The translations under genes were made by a program, and so were the position numbers. This document shows, piece after piece, positions 53,170-64,000 of a stretch of DNA of 64,000 nt (the stretch's first letter is position 1; each line of letters begins with the position of its first letter). The notes beneath the pieces are model-generated. The model worked only from the letters and a program-made list of their open reading frames with translations. It made no database searches and was not told the DNA's origin. Source of the DNA: Somniosus microcephalus (lineage: Eukaryota); assembly GCA_052327205.1 (NCBI GenBank), contig CM126217.1, positions 63,736,001 to 63,800,000 of the forward strand, read 5' to 3'.

Positions 53170-54462
53170 ACTGGTCAGGCCCTAACAGGAGTATTGTGCC
53201 CAATTCTGGGCACCACGTTTAGGAAGGATGTCAAGGTTTTAGAGGGTGCAGAGAGATTTACTAGAATGCTACTAGGGATGAAGAAACTCTGTTATGTGGA
53301 GAGACTAGAGAAGCTGGGGTGGTTCTCTTTAGAGCAGAGAAGGTTAAAGGGAGAATTAATAGAGGTGTTCAAAATAATGAAGGCTTTTGAACGAGTTTTT
53401 TAATTCACTCCTGGGTTGTGGGTGTCGCTGGCAAGGCCCATCCCTAATTGCCCTTGAGAAGGTGGTGGTGAGCCACCTTCTTGAACTGCTGAAGTCCGTG
53501 TGGTGAAGGTACTCCCACAGTGCTGTTGGGGAGGGAGTTCCAGGATTTTGACCCAGCGACGATGAAGGAACGGCGATATATTTCCAAGTCAGCATGGTGT
53601 GTAACTTCGAGGGGAACTTGCAGGCCTGCTGCTCTTGTCCTTCTAGGTAGTAGAGATTGTGGGTTTGAGAGGTGATGTCGAAGAAGCCTTGGCAGGTTGC
53701 TGCAGTGCATCTTGTAGATGATACACACTGCAGCCACGGTGTGCCGGTAATGGAGGGAGTGAATGTTTTAAGGTGGCGGATGGGGTGCCAATCAGCAGGC
53801 TGCTTTGTTCCGGGTGGTGTCGAGCTTCTTGAGTGTTGTTGGAGTTGCACTCATCCAGGCAAGTGGAGAGTATTCCATCACAATCCTGACTTGTGCCTTG
53901 TAGATGGTGGAAAGGCTTTGGGGAGTCAAGAGGTGAGACACTCGCTGCAGAATACCCAGCCTCTGACCTGATCTTGTAGCCACAGTATTTATGTGGCTGG
54001 TCCAGTTAAGTTTCTGGTCAATGGTAAACACAGGATATTGATGGTGGGGGATTCGGCGGTGGTAATGCTGTTGAATGTCAAGGGGCGATGGTTAGACTTT
54101 CGCTTGTTGGAGATAGTCATTGCCTGGCACTTGTGTGGCACGAATGTAAATAAGGAGAAACTGTTTCCAGTGGCAGAAAGATCGGTAACCAGAGGACACC
54201 GATTTAAAGTAATTGGCACAAGAACCAGAGGCGTGATGAGGAGAATTTTTATTATCCAGCGAGTTATGAGCACTGCCTGAAAGGGTGATGGAAGCACGTT
54301 CACTAATAACTTCCAAAAGGGTAAGGGATAAATACTCAAAGTGGAAAAATTTGCAGCGCTATGGGGAAAGTGGAGTGGGAGTAATTGGAGAGCTCTTTCA
54401 AAGAGCCTGCACAGGCACGATGGGCCGAATGGACCCCTTCTGTGCTGTATCATTCTATGATT
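53170..54462 (+). mobile_element. CR1 LINE 3' fragment interrupted by another LINE
   Basis: RLEKLGWFSLEQRRLKGELIEVFKIMK before the insertion; resumes at about 54148 with VNKEKLFPVAERSVTRGHRFKV; attctatga tail. Confidence 0.85.
53396..54147 (-). mobile_element. LINE 3' fragment (RT C-terminal region, CR1/Jockey-group-like) nested in the CR1
   Basis: Minus ORFs TIDQKLNWTSHINTVATRSGQRLGIL...IYKAQVRIVMEYSPLAW and RRSFIVAGSKSWNSLP; A-rich tail. Confidence 0.8.
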
Positions 54463-54499
54463 TATTGAACCCTCCAAGACACCTATTGTTCTGTGCTAA

Positions 54500-55222
54500 T
54501 CAGTGGACAATGTGATGAGCTATAAACTAAATGGTACAATTTTAAAGGGGGTGCAGGAACAGAGAAACCTGAGGGTGTGTTTACACAAATATTTGAAGGT
54601 GTCAGGACAAGTTGAGAAGGCTGTCAAAAAAGCATATGAGATCCTTGGCTTTATTAATAGGCATAGAGTACAAAAGGAAGGAAGTTATGCTAAACCTTTA
54701 TAAAACATTGGTTAGGTCTCAGCTGGGGTATTATGTTCAATTCTGGGCACCACACCTTGAGGATGTAGAAGAGATTTACTATTATGTAGTTATGTGGAGA
54801 AGCTGGGGTTGTTCTCCTTAGAGCAGAGAAGGTTAAGAGGAGATTTGACGGAGGCGTTCAAAATCATGAACTGTTTTGATACAGTAAATAAGGAGAAACT
54901 ATTTCCAGTGGCAGAAGGGTCGATAACCAGAGGACACCGATTTATGGTGATTGGTAAAAGAACCAGAGCGACATGAGGAAATATTTTTTACACAGTGAGT
55001 TATTGTGATCTGGCATGCATTGCCTGAAAGGAGGTGGAAGCAGATTCAATAGTAACTTTCAAAAGGGAATTGGATTAATACTGGAAGGGGGGACAAAAAA
55101 ATTACAGGGCTATGGGGAAAAAGCAGGGGAGTGGGACTAATTGGAAAGCTCTACCAAAGAGCTGGTACAGGCACAATGGGCTGAATAGCCTCCTTCGGTG
55201 CTGTATCATTCTATGATTCTAT
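54500..55222 (+). mobile_element. CR1 LINE 3' fragment
   Basis: YKLNGTILKGVQEQRNL..., IEYKRKEVMLNLYKTLVRSQLGYYVQFWAP, LGLFSLEQRRLRGDL; (ATTCTATG)n tail. Confidence 0.88.
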
Positions 55223-55242
55223 GGCCTCTACCATTGATATGC

Positions 55243-55740
55243 AACAACAGCAACTTGCGTTTATATAGTGCCTTTTACGTAGTAAAATGCCCCAAGGTGC
55301 TTTACAGGAGCGTTATCAAACAAAAAAAATTACACTGAGCCAAAGAAGCAGACATTGGGACAGGTGACCAAAAGGCTGGTCAAAAGTAGATTTTATGAAG
55401 TGTCTTAAAGGAGGCGAGAGAGGCAGACAGGTTTAGGGAGTGAATTCCACAGCTTAAGGCATAGACAGCTGAATGGTAGCGAAGGAAGCTGGAGATGCAC
55501 AAGAGGCTGGAGGAGCAAGCCCATGGAGGAATTTGAACATAGGGATGAGAATTTTAAGATCTAGGCATTCGGGGACCCGGAGCCAGCATAGGCCAGCAAG
55601 CACTTGGGTGATTGATGAATGGGATTTGGTGCAAGTTAGGCTACGGGCAGCTGAAGAACATTCAGAAGAGCATTGGCATAGTCAAATCTGGAGGTAACAA
55701 AAGCACGAATGAGTGTTTCAGTAGCAGGTGGGCTGAGACA
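55243..55740 (-). mobile_element. Degenerate L2-clade LINE 3' fragment
   Basis: caacaacagcaacttgcgtttatatagtgcctt is the reverse complement of an L2-type 3' end like that at about 15180-15215. Confidence 0.6.
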
Positions 55741-56015
55741 ATGATGGATGTGTTGGCATAGTACAGAATCAGCCAGTTGGCACTTGTGCAAGTGGCAAGT
55801 TATTCTGCACAAGTGACAGTAGGGGCCATATCTGAAACCATTTGGCCCATAACAACTACAATATCAAAGATCACTGGCACTGATACTGGCCCACCAGCAC
55901 TAGTTGCTATAACTGGGGGTAGAAGGCTCCTCTATTCTCTGCAGCTTGCTATTTGGTTATGCATCTACACAGCTGAGCTGTAAATGTTCCTACCAATGAG
56001 AACATTTATATTACA

Positions 56016-57204
56016 CTAGCTGGGGAGCCCCGCGTTGCGAGGGCAATTTTGGGGCGCTTGGTCTCCCTGCCCCTGTGTGTCCCCCCTCTCCCTGTCATGT
56101 CCTCTCCCTGTCCTATCCCTCCCTCCCCCTCCCCTCCTCTCCCTCCCCTCCCCTCTCTCCCTCCTCTCCTCTCCCTCCCTCCCCTCCCCTGCTCCCCCAC
56201 TCCCCTCTGTCCCTCTCTCCGGCCCCTCCCCCTGCCTAGCGCCTGAGGTCCGGTGCCGTTGCGATAGCGGCCGTGCGGGGCCTAGCGCTTAAGGCGCGGT
56301 CGGGTTCTGAGGCCGGGACGGACCGGAGCTGAGGTCCCCCGCGTATCGCGCGGCTGATGGACGGCCGCTGCGGGCGGGCGGCGCATGCGCGGGCGGCGCA
56401 TGCGCGGTCAGTGCGGGCGGCGCATGCGCGGTCAGTGCGGGCGGTGCGAGGCGGCCCGTGGGGAGCAGGCAAGGGCGGCTTGGCGGCCGTTAGCGAGCGG
56501 GAAACTTCGGGCGGTCCGTCCGCGACACCTGAGAGGGGGAAGTAGAGAGAGAGACAGAGAGGGAAGAGGAGAGAGAGGGAAGAGGAGAAGGAGAGAGAGA
56601 GAGAGAGGGAAGAAAGAGAGAGAAAGAAATTTTTTGAGCTTCAGGCCCCGAGTCCCCCCTGCGCGAGGGTGAGGAGGAGGGGGGGGGGGTTGCTAAACAC
56701 AATATAAAACTCAAATAAATTGTTAATTAATTCCCTAACACACAATTCAAATATTTACCTTGCTTCCCTAACACAAAGTGTGGGGAAAAAATCGTGAAAA
56801 ATCAAGATGGCGGCCACTCACCTCGGTTCAGAAGGATAAGGCCCGCCCACACACGCACCGATTGGTCGACCGGTCAGGTCACCGAAGCGTAGGATTGGTC
56901 AATCGTCGAGTCACTCGACACTCAACTGTAGGAAGGAACCCGCCGTCCGATTGGTCGACCTCGACGTCACACGGTCGCTAATGAGATGCTAATGAGCGGA
57001 AGGATGAACGTTTTTTGGATACCGCGGGCGGGATATTTGTGCGGCCGAAACGTAAATACGCCTATGACCGGTCCGGAATCGCAAGTTTTCTTTTGAGGCG
57101 ACGCGCGTGTCGGTACGCTCTAACTTTCAAACGTATAGAGAACGGACAGAGACAGACAGACATCGGGACAGACAGACAGAAGAGCCGCTTTATATATATA
57201 TAGA
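56016..57204 (-). mobile_element. Non-autonomous Helitron (1189 bp)
   Basis: Minus strand starts A|TCTATATATA..., ends ...CTAG|T, with a subterminal hairpin GCCC-TCGCAACGCG-GGGC (56027-56044) 11 nt from the 3' end; no target-site duplication, inserted between A and T. Confidence 0.85.
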
Positions 57205-57910
57205 TAGGATATTCGGCCCAACCAGTCCATGCCGGTGTTTATGCTCCACTCGAGCCTCCTCCCGTCTTTCCTCATCTAAATCTATCAGCATAACCCTCTA
57301 TTCTCTTCTCCCTCATATGCTTGTCTAGCCTCCCCTTAAATGCATCTATACTATTAGATTCAACCACTCCCGTTGGTAGTGAGTTCCGCATTCTCACCAC
57401 TCTTTGGGTAAAGAAGTTTCTTCTGAATTCCCTATTGGATTTCTTGGTGACTATCTTATATTGATGGCCTTTAGTTAATGCCCTTCCCCACAAGTGCAAA
57501 CATTCTCTCTCTATCCACTCTATCAAAATTTTTCATAATTTTAAAGACCTCTATTCGGTCACCCCTCAGCCTTTTTTCAAGAGAAAAGAGACCCCGCCTG
57601 TTCATCATTTCCTGATATGTATACCCTCTCATTTCTGATATCATCCTTGTAAATCTTCTCTGCACCCTCTCCAGTGCCTCTATATCCTTTTAACAATATG
57701 GCGACCAGAACTGTATGCAGTACTCTAAGTGTGGTCTAACCAAGGTTCGATACAGGTTTAGCATAACTTCCCTACTTTTCAATTCTATCCCTCTAGAAAT
57801 AAACCCTAGTGCTTGGTTTGCTTTTTTTATGGCCTTGCTAACCTGTGTCACAACTTTTAGCGATTTGTGTATTTGTACTCCTAGATCCCTTTGTTCCTCT
57901 ACCCCACCTA
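57205..57910 (-). mobile_element. CR1 LINE 3' fragment whose tail was hit by the Helitron
   Basis: Minus ORFs GFISRGIELKSREVMLNLYRTLVRPHLEYCIQFWSPY and FRRNFFTQRVVRM. Confidence 0.9.
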
Positions 57911-58269
57911 CGAATCTAGGTGGGTAGAGGAACAAAGTAAAAGGGCACATCCATGATTGAGAAGTTCACAATGCATGAGAGGAAAACATGGCAGAAAAAT
58001 GCATTAATCATAAACAAAACTAAATAAAGTGCATTTGCTTTCAATATATATTTCATTGTTTGGTCTAGAAAATCTATGACTATGACTCAACCATTTGTCT
58101 GTCCATTGTGTTCTGCCCTAGTGCAGCTCCTACCTCAAATCTCACATGAAATTCTTGGACCACTTACTAGGGAAGAGTAACTGAGGTGGTTTCTTGTTGT
58201 CTTCTTCATGGGTTTTTATCTTCAAACTACTTTCTCCTAGGTGGGCTGCAGCCAAGGCTAAAGAGTCCC

Positions 58270-58560
58270 ACCTGCTCTTTACCATGGGTGGGACAACCTC
58301 ACCCATCAGATGCAAATATCCCCACTGGTTGTCAATGTAGTATACTGTTCTCCGCTTACTGGGGCTGCCTGGAGTGGTGCCCAAACCTAACTCTTCTGAC
58401 TCGGGCAGGAATACTATCATTGAGCCAGTGATCACTCCAGCAGGTTACCAAGTGCCCTGCTGGATGTTAACCCAGTACTTAGAGACCATATTCTATGCCC
58501 CACTCGCTGGGGCTATCTGGAGTGGAGCTCGAACCCTCCTAACTCAGGCAATAATGTTAC
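58270..58560 (-). mobile_element. Diverged fragments of the same SINE-like family as 49550-49888
   Basis: Shared motifs gcaaatatccccactgg and ctggagtggagctcgaaccc. Confidence 0.45.
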
Positions 58561-59874
58561 CATAAAGTCAAAGTTTCACCCTAAACCAGTTGTATAAAAG
58601 CTAAAAGACCAGGGCAAAATCCTGAAATATCTCATGTGGATGCTTGGAAGGTCCTTTAGGCATAAAACTTGAGGTATTCTTTACCCTCCCTCCTGCCCCA
58701 ACATCTGCAGAGAGAGGTAGCAAACTTGACTTTGGCAGATGCCGTTAGTGGATGCTCCTCTTTCCATAGATGGCTGTACCAGCAGACTTCCCAGTGACAT
58801 TACAATGGGGTGTGAATATGAGTCTAAGCCTTATGTTTGAATGTTCTTCAGAAGCTGCTCAATCACAGCATGTCATGGTTTACCTGGTATTGCATGAAAT
58901 AAGGCAGACCAAGGTGATCAGGAGCCAGTGTTGTTTGGTTGCACCAGACAAGATGACATAACTCATTCCTGCAGGCCCTGGCACACCCACTTGGGAATGA
59001 TAAGATAACCTGTTTTCTCAGAGTCTGAATCAGAAGCGGAGAAGATGTTGAGCTCTATCATATTCTGCAAGTACACCCGTAGCTACCATGCAGCACAGAG
59101 CATATGTGCAGGGCCAGTAATGGTCAGCTGTGGCCTGAAACTTGGCTACACCTTCTTTCATGCATGGTATAGGGATAGTTTTGTAGAGTGGCACAGAGGA
59201 AAACACTCATGCAATCTCACCCTAACTTCAGCAGCCATCAAGTGCTGGGCAGTATTGTTACTTGTCTGCAGACTCATGGCTGCATCTAATGGGTCTCTTT
59301 CCTTTCATCCTAGCCTGCCATTTCTTAATCCCTTACCCCTTTCAGCCTTGGAAGAGATTGCTGGTGGGTTGAGATGCCTTTTAATGCTCTCCAGCAGCTT
59401 TCTAAATGTTTGACCCTCTCCTTGTGACATTCCCCTTTAATTATCCCCATCCCTTTAAATTTGATTTACACACAAGTTTCACCACCTACTAGTGGTGACA
59501 TCCTTAATCCCAATGGAGCTTGCACCTGGAATTATGAATCATTATGCAAATAAGGTTAGATGAAAAAACTGCATGCAATTAGCACTTGGGATTCTGGCGG
59601 GACTTGAAGCAGTTCAAAGTAGATTAGTACTGTTTTATTCCTGAAGACAAGAATTGCTCCATAGTTTCTGGTATGCCACTTTCATTTCACTTTTTAAAAA
59701 AAAATAATAAATAAATAAATAAATAAAGTTTGTCACAAAATTAAGTAAATTATGAAGAAAAAAAAATACCCAAAATGCCATCGATTTGTCTGTTTGAAAA
59801 TTATGTGATGTGATGTTTGAATATTTCTGAATATACTTGCTAGTTTCATTCAAAAACATTCCAACAAAGTCCCC

Positions 59875-60425
59875 GGGGAGAAATTTAACTCACGGCCATC
59901 CGACTTACGCCTGAAAACGGGCGGCCAAGAGGTGAAAATCAGGGTAGCATCTTGGCCGCCACATTCATGCCCAGGGCCCCTTTGAGATCATATTTAGGTA
60001 CGCCTGTAAATAGGCAAGCAGCCCACCTGCCTGAAACAGGCATAAGGCTGGTGTAGTATGCAAACTGGAACTGCTGGAGGCTGCTCAAAATACAGCCACG
60101 TAACCTTTTCAAAATTATATTTTTTAGTATTGCAAAAATACTGTGGGCCTCTGTCGGCCCTGCTAACACTCCCGTCTGCCCATTCCCCCTGCCACAACCC
60201 TCCCCCCATCCTTGGCTTTGCCTCCACACCCAGGACTTAACTGTGGGCTGGTTTGATGTCGGAGCTAGCCAGAAATTGTCGGGCCTCAACTAGCAAGCTG
60301 CATTGGTACACCCGTGTGCGGCACACAGCTCGCCACTTCCATTCAAATGAGGCCTGATGCTGAAATTGGAGCAGTAGGTCTGCCAACTTGATGCCTGTTT
60401 TGTGCGAAAGTTAAATTTCAACACC
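59875..60425. mobile_element. MITE
   Basis: Ends ggggagaaatttaact ... agttaaatttcaacacc. Confidence 0.5.
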
Positions 60426-60586
60426 TAATCCAACCTGCCCCCGCCTCCCATTTATCTGGATGCGCACCTTGTGTGAATTCATTAAAAGAAAAACTAAGAT
60501 ACACAGCCAAAGAACTGTAAAACAAAACCTGTAGCAGGTTTCAGTGGTATCATTAAACCCTGAAGGCATCAGTGACAAAATATTTT

Positions 60587-61253
60587 GGGGGAGAAATTGG
60601 GTGGAGCCGCAAACGGGGCGCCAAGCGCGCCTGGGCGCTGGATTTTGCGCTGCGATCGGAGCAGTAGCGATCGCCGGAAATTCAGCTTGAGCACCCCAAG
60701 AGGGACACGGGGCGAGGCTCGAGGTGTTCCGCGTCCCTCTTGGGGCGCTGAAACTGAATATCGCAGCGCAACGTGCCGCAGCGCCACACGCTGCGGCACG
60801 GCGCGCTGCGGTACTGCAGGCCTTCCTCCCATTCTTAAAGGGGCGGGGCCTGCACCAGCGCAATCGGAGATCGCGAGTGCCGGCAAAAAAGCCCGGCACC
60901 GAGGAGAAGTGCTGGGCTCTCGGAAAACAGCTGGCAATGCCATGGGGGGCGATCAGGAGGCCGGGGATGGAGGTGCTGGCAGGCGGCCGCTGAAAAAAAC
61001 GGCCGCCCCGCACCTCCATCTTAATTTGCACCACTGCCGCCACAGGTAGGCCCCGTGAACCGGGCGCGATTAGCGAACGGCGCTACAGAGGCGATCGCTG
61101 CCAAATATCATCGGTGGCGGCGCAGCGCAACAGGCTAACGCCGGCATTAGCGCCCCAGCTAAATATCGCGGGAGGCGTGGCCAGTGGTGCTAAAGCCACT
61201 GAGTGCCCTCTTTAGGCGCTAACTGGTGGCGCAGCCCCCCGAATTTCTAGGCC
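60587..61253. mobile_element. GC/CpG-rich MITE, PIF/Harbinger-like
   Basis: Ends gggggagaaattggg ... ccgaatttctaggcc, TTT on both flanks, abrupt GC boundaries. Confidence 0.65.
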
Positions 61254-61779
61254 TTTGTTTTTTAGTCTGTTCTCCTTTCTTGTGCTTTTACTGACTTATT
61301 GTCACAAGTGGTCAGAATGCACTCTTAAAATTTCTAAGTTCCTCTGTGTTTATTAATCAAGTTGACAACACTGCAAAAGGTTAACTGCCAGCACTTGTAT
61401 CTCAGGATATCTAATCGTTCTTGAGTACTGTTACAATCAGATCTATGAGCATTGTATCTACAGCAGGATTCAAAGGCTCATGATTCAACTTCCAGCATTC
61501 TACTTTTCAGTGTTTCTCCTAATAGAACATACCTGTCTCTGAAGCTCATGTTATAAGAAAAGGAAAATATTTTGAGATCTTGAATGTAATATGCATAATA
61601 ATTAAATGGTTAGTGGAATCTCATTTCAGCGAAATGCCACGACGAATGCAACCCGAGGCAATATCCTGAATGAAAATCAAAATCTAACAAAGTTGAATGT
61701 AGAATAATGCTTAAAGGACAGTTAGTTAGTAAATGTAATCCTGACATGGTTTTGGGTAGGTATGTGCATTCATATCTTT

Positions 61780-62012
61780 CTGTATTTGATTTTCCTAACC
61801 ATTGGCTATTTTCTGGAATACCATGGGATCTTTTATGTCCATCCAAGCAGGCAGGTAGGGCTTCAGTTTAATGTTTCCCCTGAAAAGTGGTACCATTGAC
61901 AATGCAGCATTCTCTTAGTACTGTACTGAAGTGTAAGCCTAGATAATGTGCTCAAATCTATAGTAGAGCTTCTAACTCACAGGTGAGAGTGGTGCTAACT
62001 GAACCAAGTTGA
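61780..62012 (-). mobile_element. DeuSINE fragment
   Basis: Reverse complement of the head and Deu domain of 17936-18394. Confidence 0.7.
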
Positions 62013-62025
62013 CGATGAAGACAAT

Positions 62026-62736
62026 GGGCCAGCAAATACTGTCAAAATAACAGTAAGGGTCACTGTTATTTATGCGCAAATTGCACAGCGACTTCAGGCG
62101 AGGGCAGATGCAAGGGTAAAAGTGAAAATCTGGACGTTGCTGTCTAAGTTGCACTGATAGGTTCCCAAAAACGACATCTCACAGGCTGACTCGCCACCAA
62201 ATGCATTGAATAGCATGAAGTTCCTGTACTTGCATCGTAGATACGAACTAAACTTGCCACAGAAAGTTAGGGCTTGTCCATTTCAGTCTAATTACCCTTT
62301 TTAACAGCATGATCAGTCTTAATTACTGCCAAACAACCTCTCTGGCACTGAGAATTAAGTGTGGAGTCTCATTCCTTCAGCGTTTAATTGTTGGAGATTT
62401 TTTAATAAATATTTTTTTTCTTTTTTTCTATCTCAATCCAATCTTTCTTTCCCTCCCCCTATTTCACTTTCTGTGCCTGATTCGACCTTGAATTCACTAT
62501 TCTAACTTACACTTCCTGATTCAGACTCTGCTGCTCATTAATGATTTTCAATCTGATTGATTAAGGAGCTTGCCCTGTTCACACAGGTCCCAGATGCCTT
62601 GTAGAAGGTGGTGCACTGTTTCAGTCTTCCACATACAGCATCTGCCATGCAAAAGCTCATGGAAATTAAATGGGCAAGGACAAGTCTACTGAAGGGCAGG
62701 GGCCCTTTGTTTACTGGTTACAATAAATTCTGGCCC
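62026..62736. mobile_element. MITE
   Basis: Ends gggccagcaaat ... aaattctggccc. Confidence 0.5.
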
Positions 62737-62829
62737 ACTGGTCTCCCTAGAGGGGGGCACAAAGGCTAAATCAGGAGCTTAGTTGGTTCACGTTACTGAG
62801 AAACCACACTGTACCAACCACCTAAGAAA

Positions 62830-63220
62830 GAAAAGAATAAAGGCTTGCCTGATCATGTCTCAAAGCACTACTCATACTTCAAAATGTCATGCGTCCTACA
62901 TAAGCAAACACAGCAGCTAATTTGCACAAAGCAAAATCTCAAACAGTAATGAGAGGAATAACCAGTTAATCTGTTTTTGTTAACATTGGTTGAGAATATT
63001 GACCAAGACACCAGGAGAATTCCATGCACCTCTTCAAATAGTCCCATTGGTTTTTTTTTACAGAATAGGTACCTAGGACTTCAGTTTAACGTCTGCGTCA
63101 GAAAATGTCACCTCGGACAATGCAGCACACTCTCAATACTGCATTGGAATGTGCTTGTCGGGCAGTGAAGTTTGAACCCACAATCTGACTCATACAAGAG
63201 TGCTATCAGCTGTACCATTG
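62830..63220 (-). mobile_element. Diverged DeuSINE copy
   Basis: Reverse complement of 17936-18394 motifs (gaccaagacaccaggagaattc, gtttaacgtc, tgcagcacactctcaatactgcattgga, tttgaacccacaa). Confidence 0.7.
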
Positions 63221-64000
63221 GTGAGGCCTAGGTCACATCCACTTGATTAGAGGTGTATACATGGTGCTGAACATAGAGGAAGAAAATACAAGAAGTGAGA
63301 GCAAAAATAAAGCCTTTTTTAAGTGCCCATTTTTCAACAAGGAGAACAGCAGTGACTGCCTAGAACATATGTAGTGGCAGTGGGAGGGGAAGTAATAGTG
63401 AGACATAATCAGTTATGAACCATATTCCAGTACCAAAAATAAGATCATGTCAGTTTTTCCATATGCTGTAAAGGTTACAACGCACATGTTAATAATGAGC
63501 CCGATCCATTAAGGGTAATTAAAATGAATGGATCATAATGGTGATTTAGTGCCTTTTAGTTTATAAAAAAAAGTATAAAATGTGCAATTGTATCAAAGTT
63601 CTTCAGGGAAAATTAAAAGAATTTTAAATCATATTAAGACTAAAAATAATCTTCACGTTTCAATAACTTAGTTCAGCCCATTACCAAACAGAAATAGGTG
63701 ATGAGTAACACACAGAATATAATGAATTGTTTGAAGGTGGTTTAAGAGTGCAGCCAGAGGCAAACACCCAGTTCTCTCTCCATTGGCTGTGTAAAGAAGC
63801 TGATGAGATCATAGGCCCCTGTAAAATTTGACTGCAAATGTTCCGTCAGATTAAAGAAGCTGGTGCCTGTGTTTCACACTCAGATTCAGTAATACACAGT
63901 GCAGCTCAGCATCATTACAGAGATAGGGTCCTGACTTGGACTAAAAGCAGTAGAGAAGCCCCAAAGAAGTAGAATCTTGTAACAAATGCCAAAGTAACAG

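Noticed and set aside
56035-56714. Pro-rich and Arg-rich ORFs, and a possible host-gene CpG island
   Set aside because: They derive from low-complexity C/T and G/A tracts inside the Helitron boundaries; no evidence of a host gene.
60411-61049. Overlapping long ORFs (210, 154 and 124 aa)
   Set aside because: They lie in a GC-rich MITE where stop codons are rare; no recognisable domain.
46344-64000. Terminal exon 17 (expected HVKEEP...SLVTTANHSPE)
   Set aside because: No matching frame was recognised by eye; it probably lies beyond the window.

Overview
This is vertebrate genomic DNA, and its repeats (V-SINE/HE1-like, DeuSINE, CR1, Penelope) suggest a cartilaginous fish, probably a shark. The whole window lies inside FOXP2 on the + strand. 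Thirteen coding exons can be read with canonical AG/GT splice sites and consistent phases; they correspond to human exons 4-16 and cover polyQ, C2H2 zinc finger, leucine zipper, CtBP motif and forkhead domain. Exons 1-3 and the terminal exon 17 were not found. The main finding is a decayed second copy of the C-terminal forkhead exon at 41334-41501, in intron 14. It closely matches the pluripotency-associated, mutually exclusive exon 18b of FOXP1 (FOXP1-ES) but carries a dead acceptor, a dead donor, a stop codon and a 2-nt deletion. This suggests the forkhead exon-switch predates the FOXP1/FOXP2 duplication. Other findings: a 12-nt in-frame duplication next to the human-specific 325 site; a probable orthologue of the intron-8 POU3F2 element; six N-blocks that may be masked ultraconserved elements; a young Penelope insertion with minimal hammerhead motifs; a non-autonomous Helitron carrying an antisense promoter-like module; and a composite Harbinger-type element with a 1.2-kb palindrome and a Myb/SANT relic. 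All comparisons to human sequences are from memory and need confirmation by alignment.
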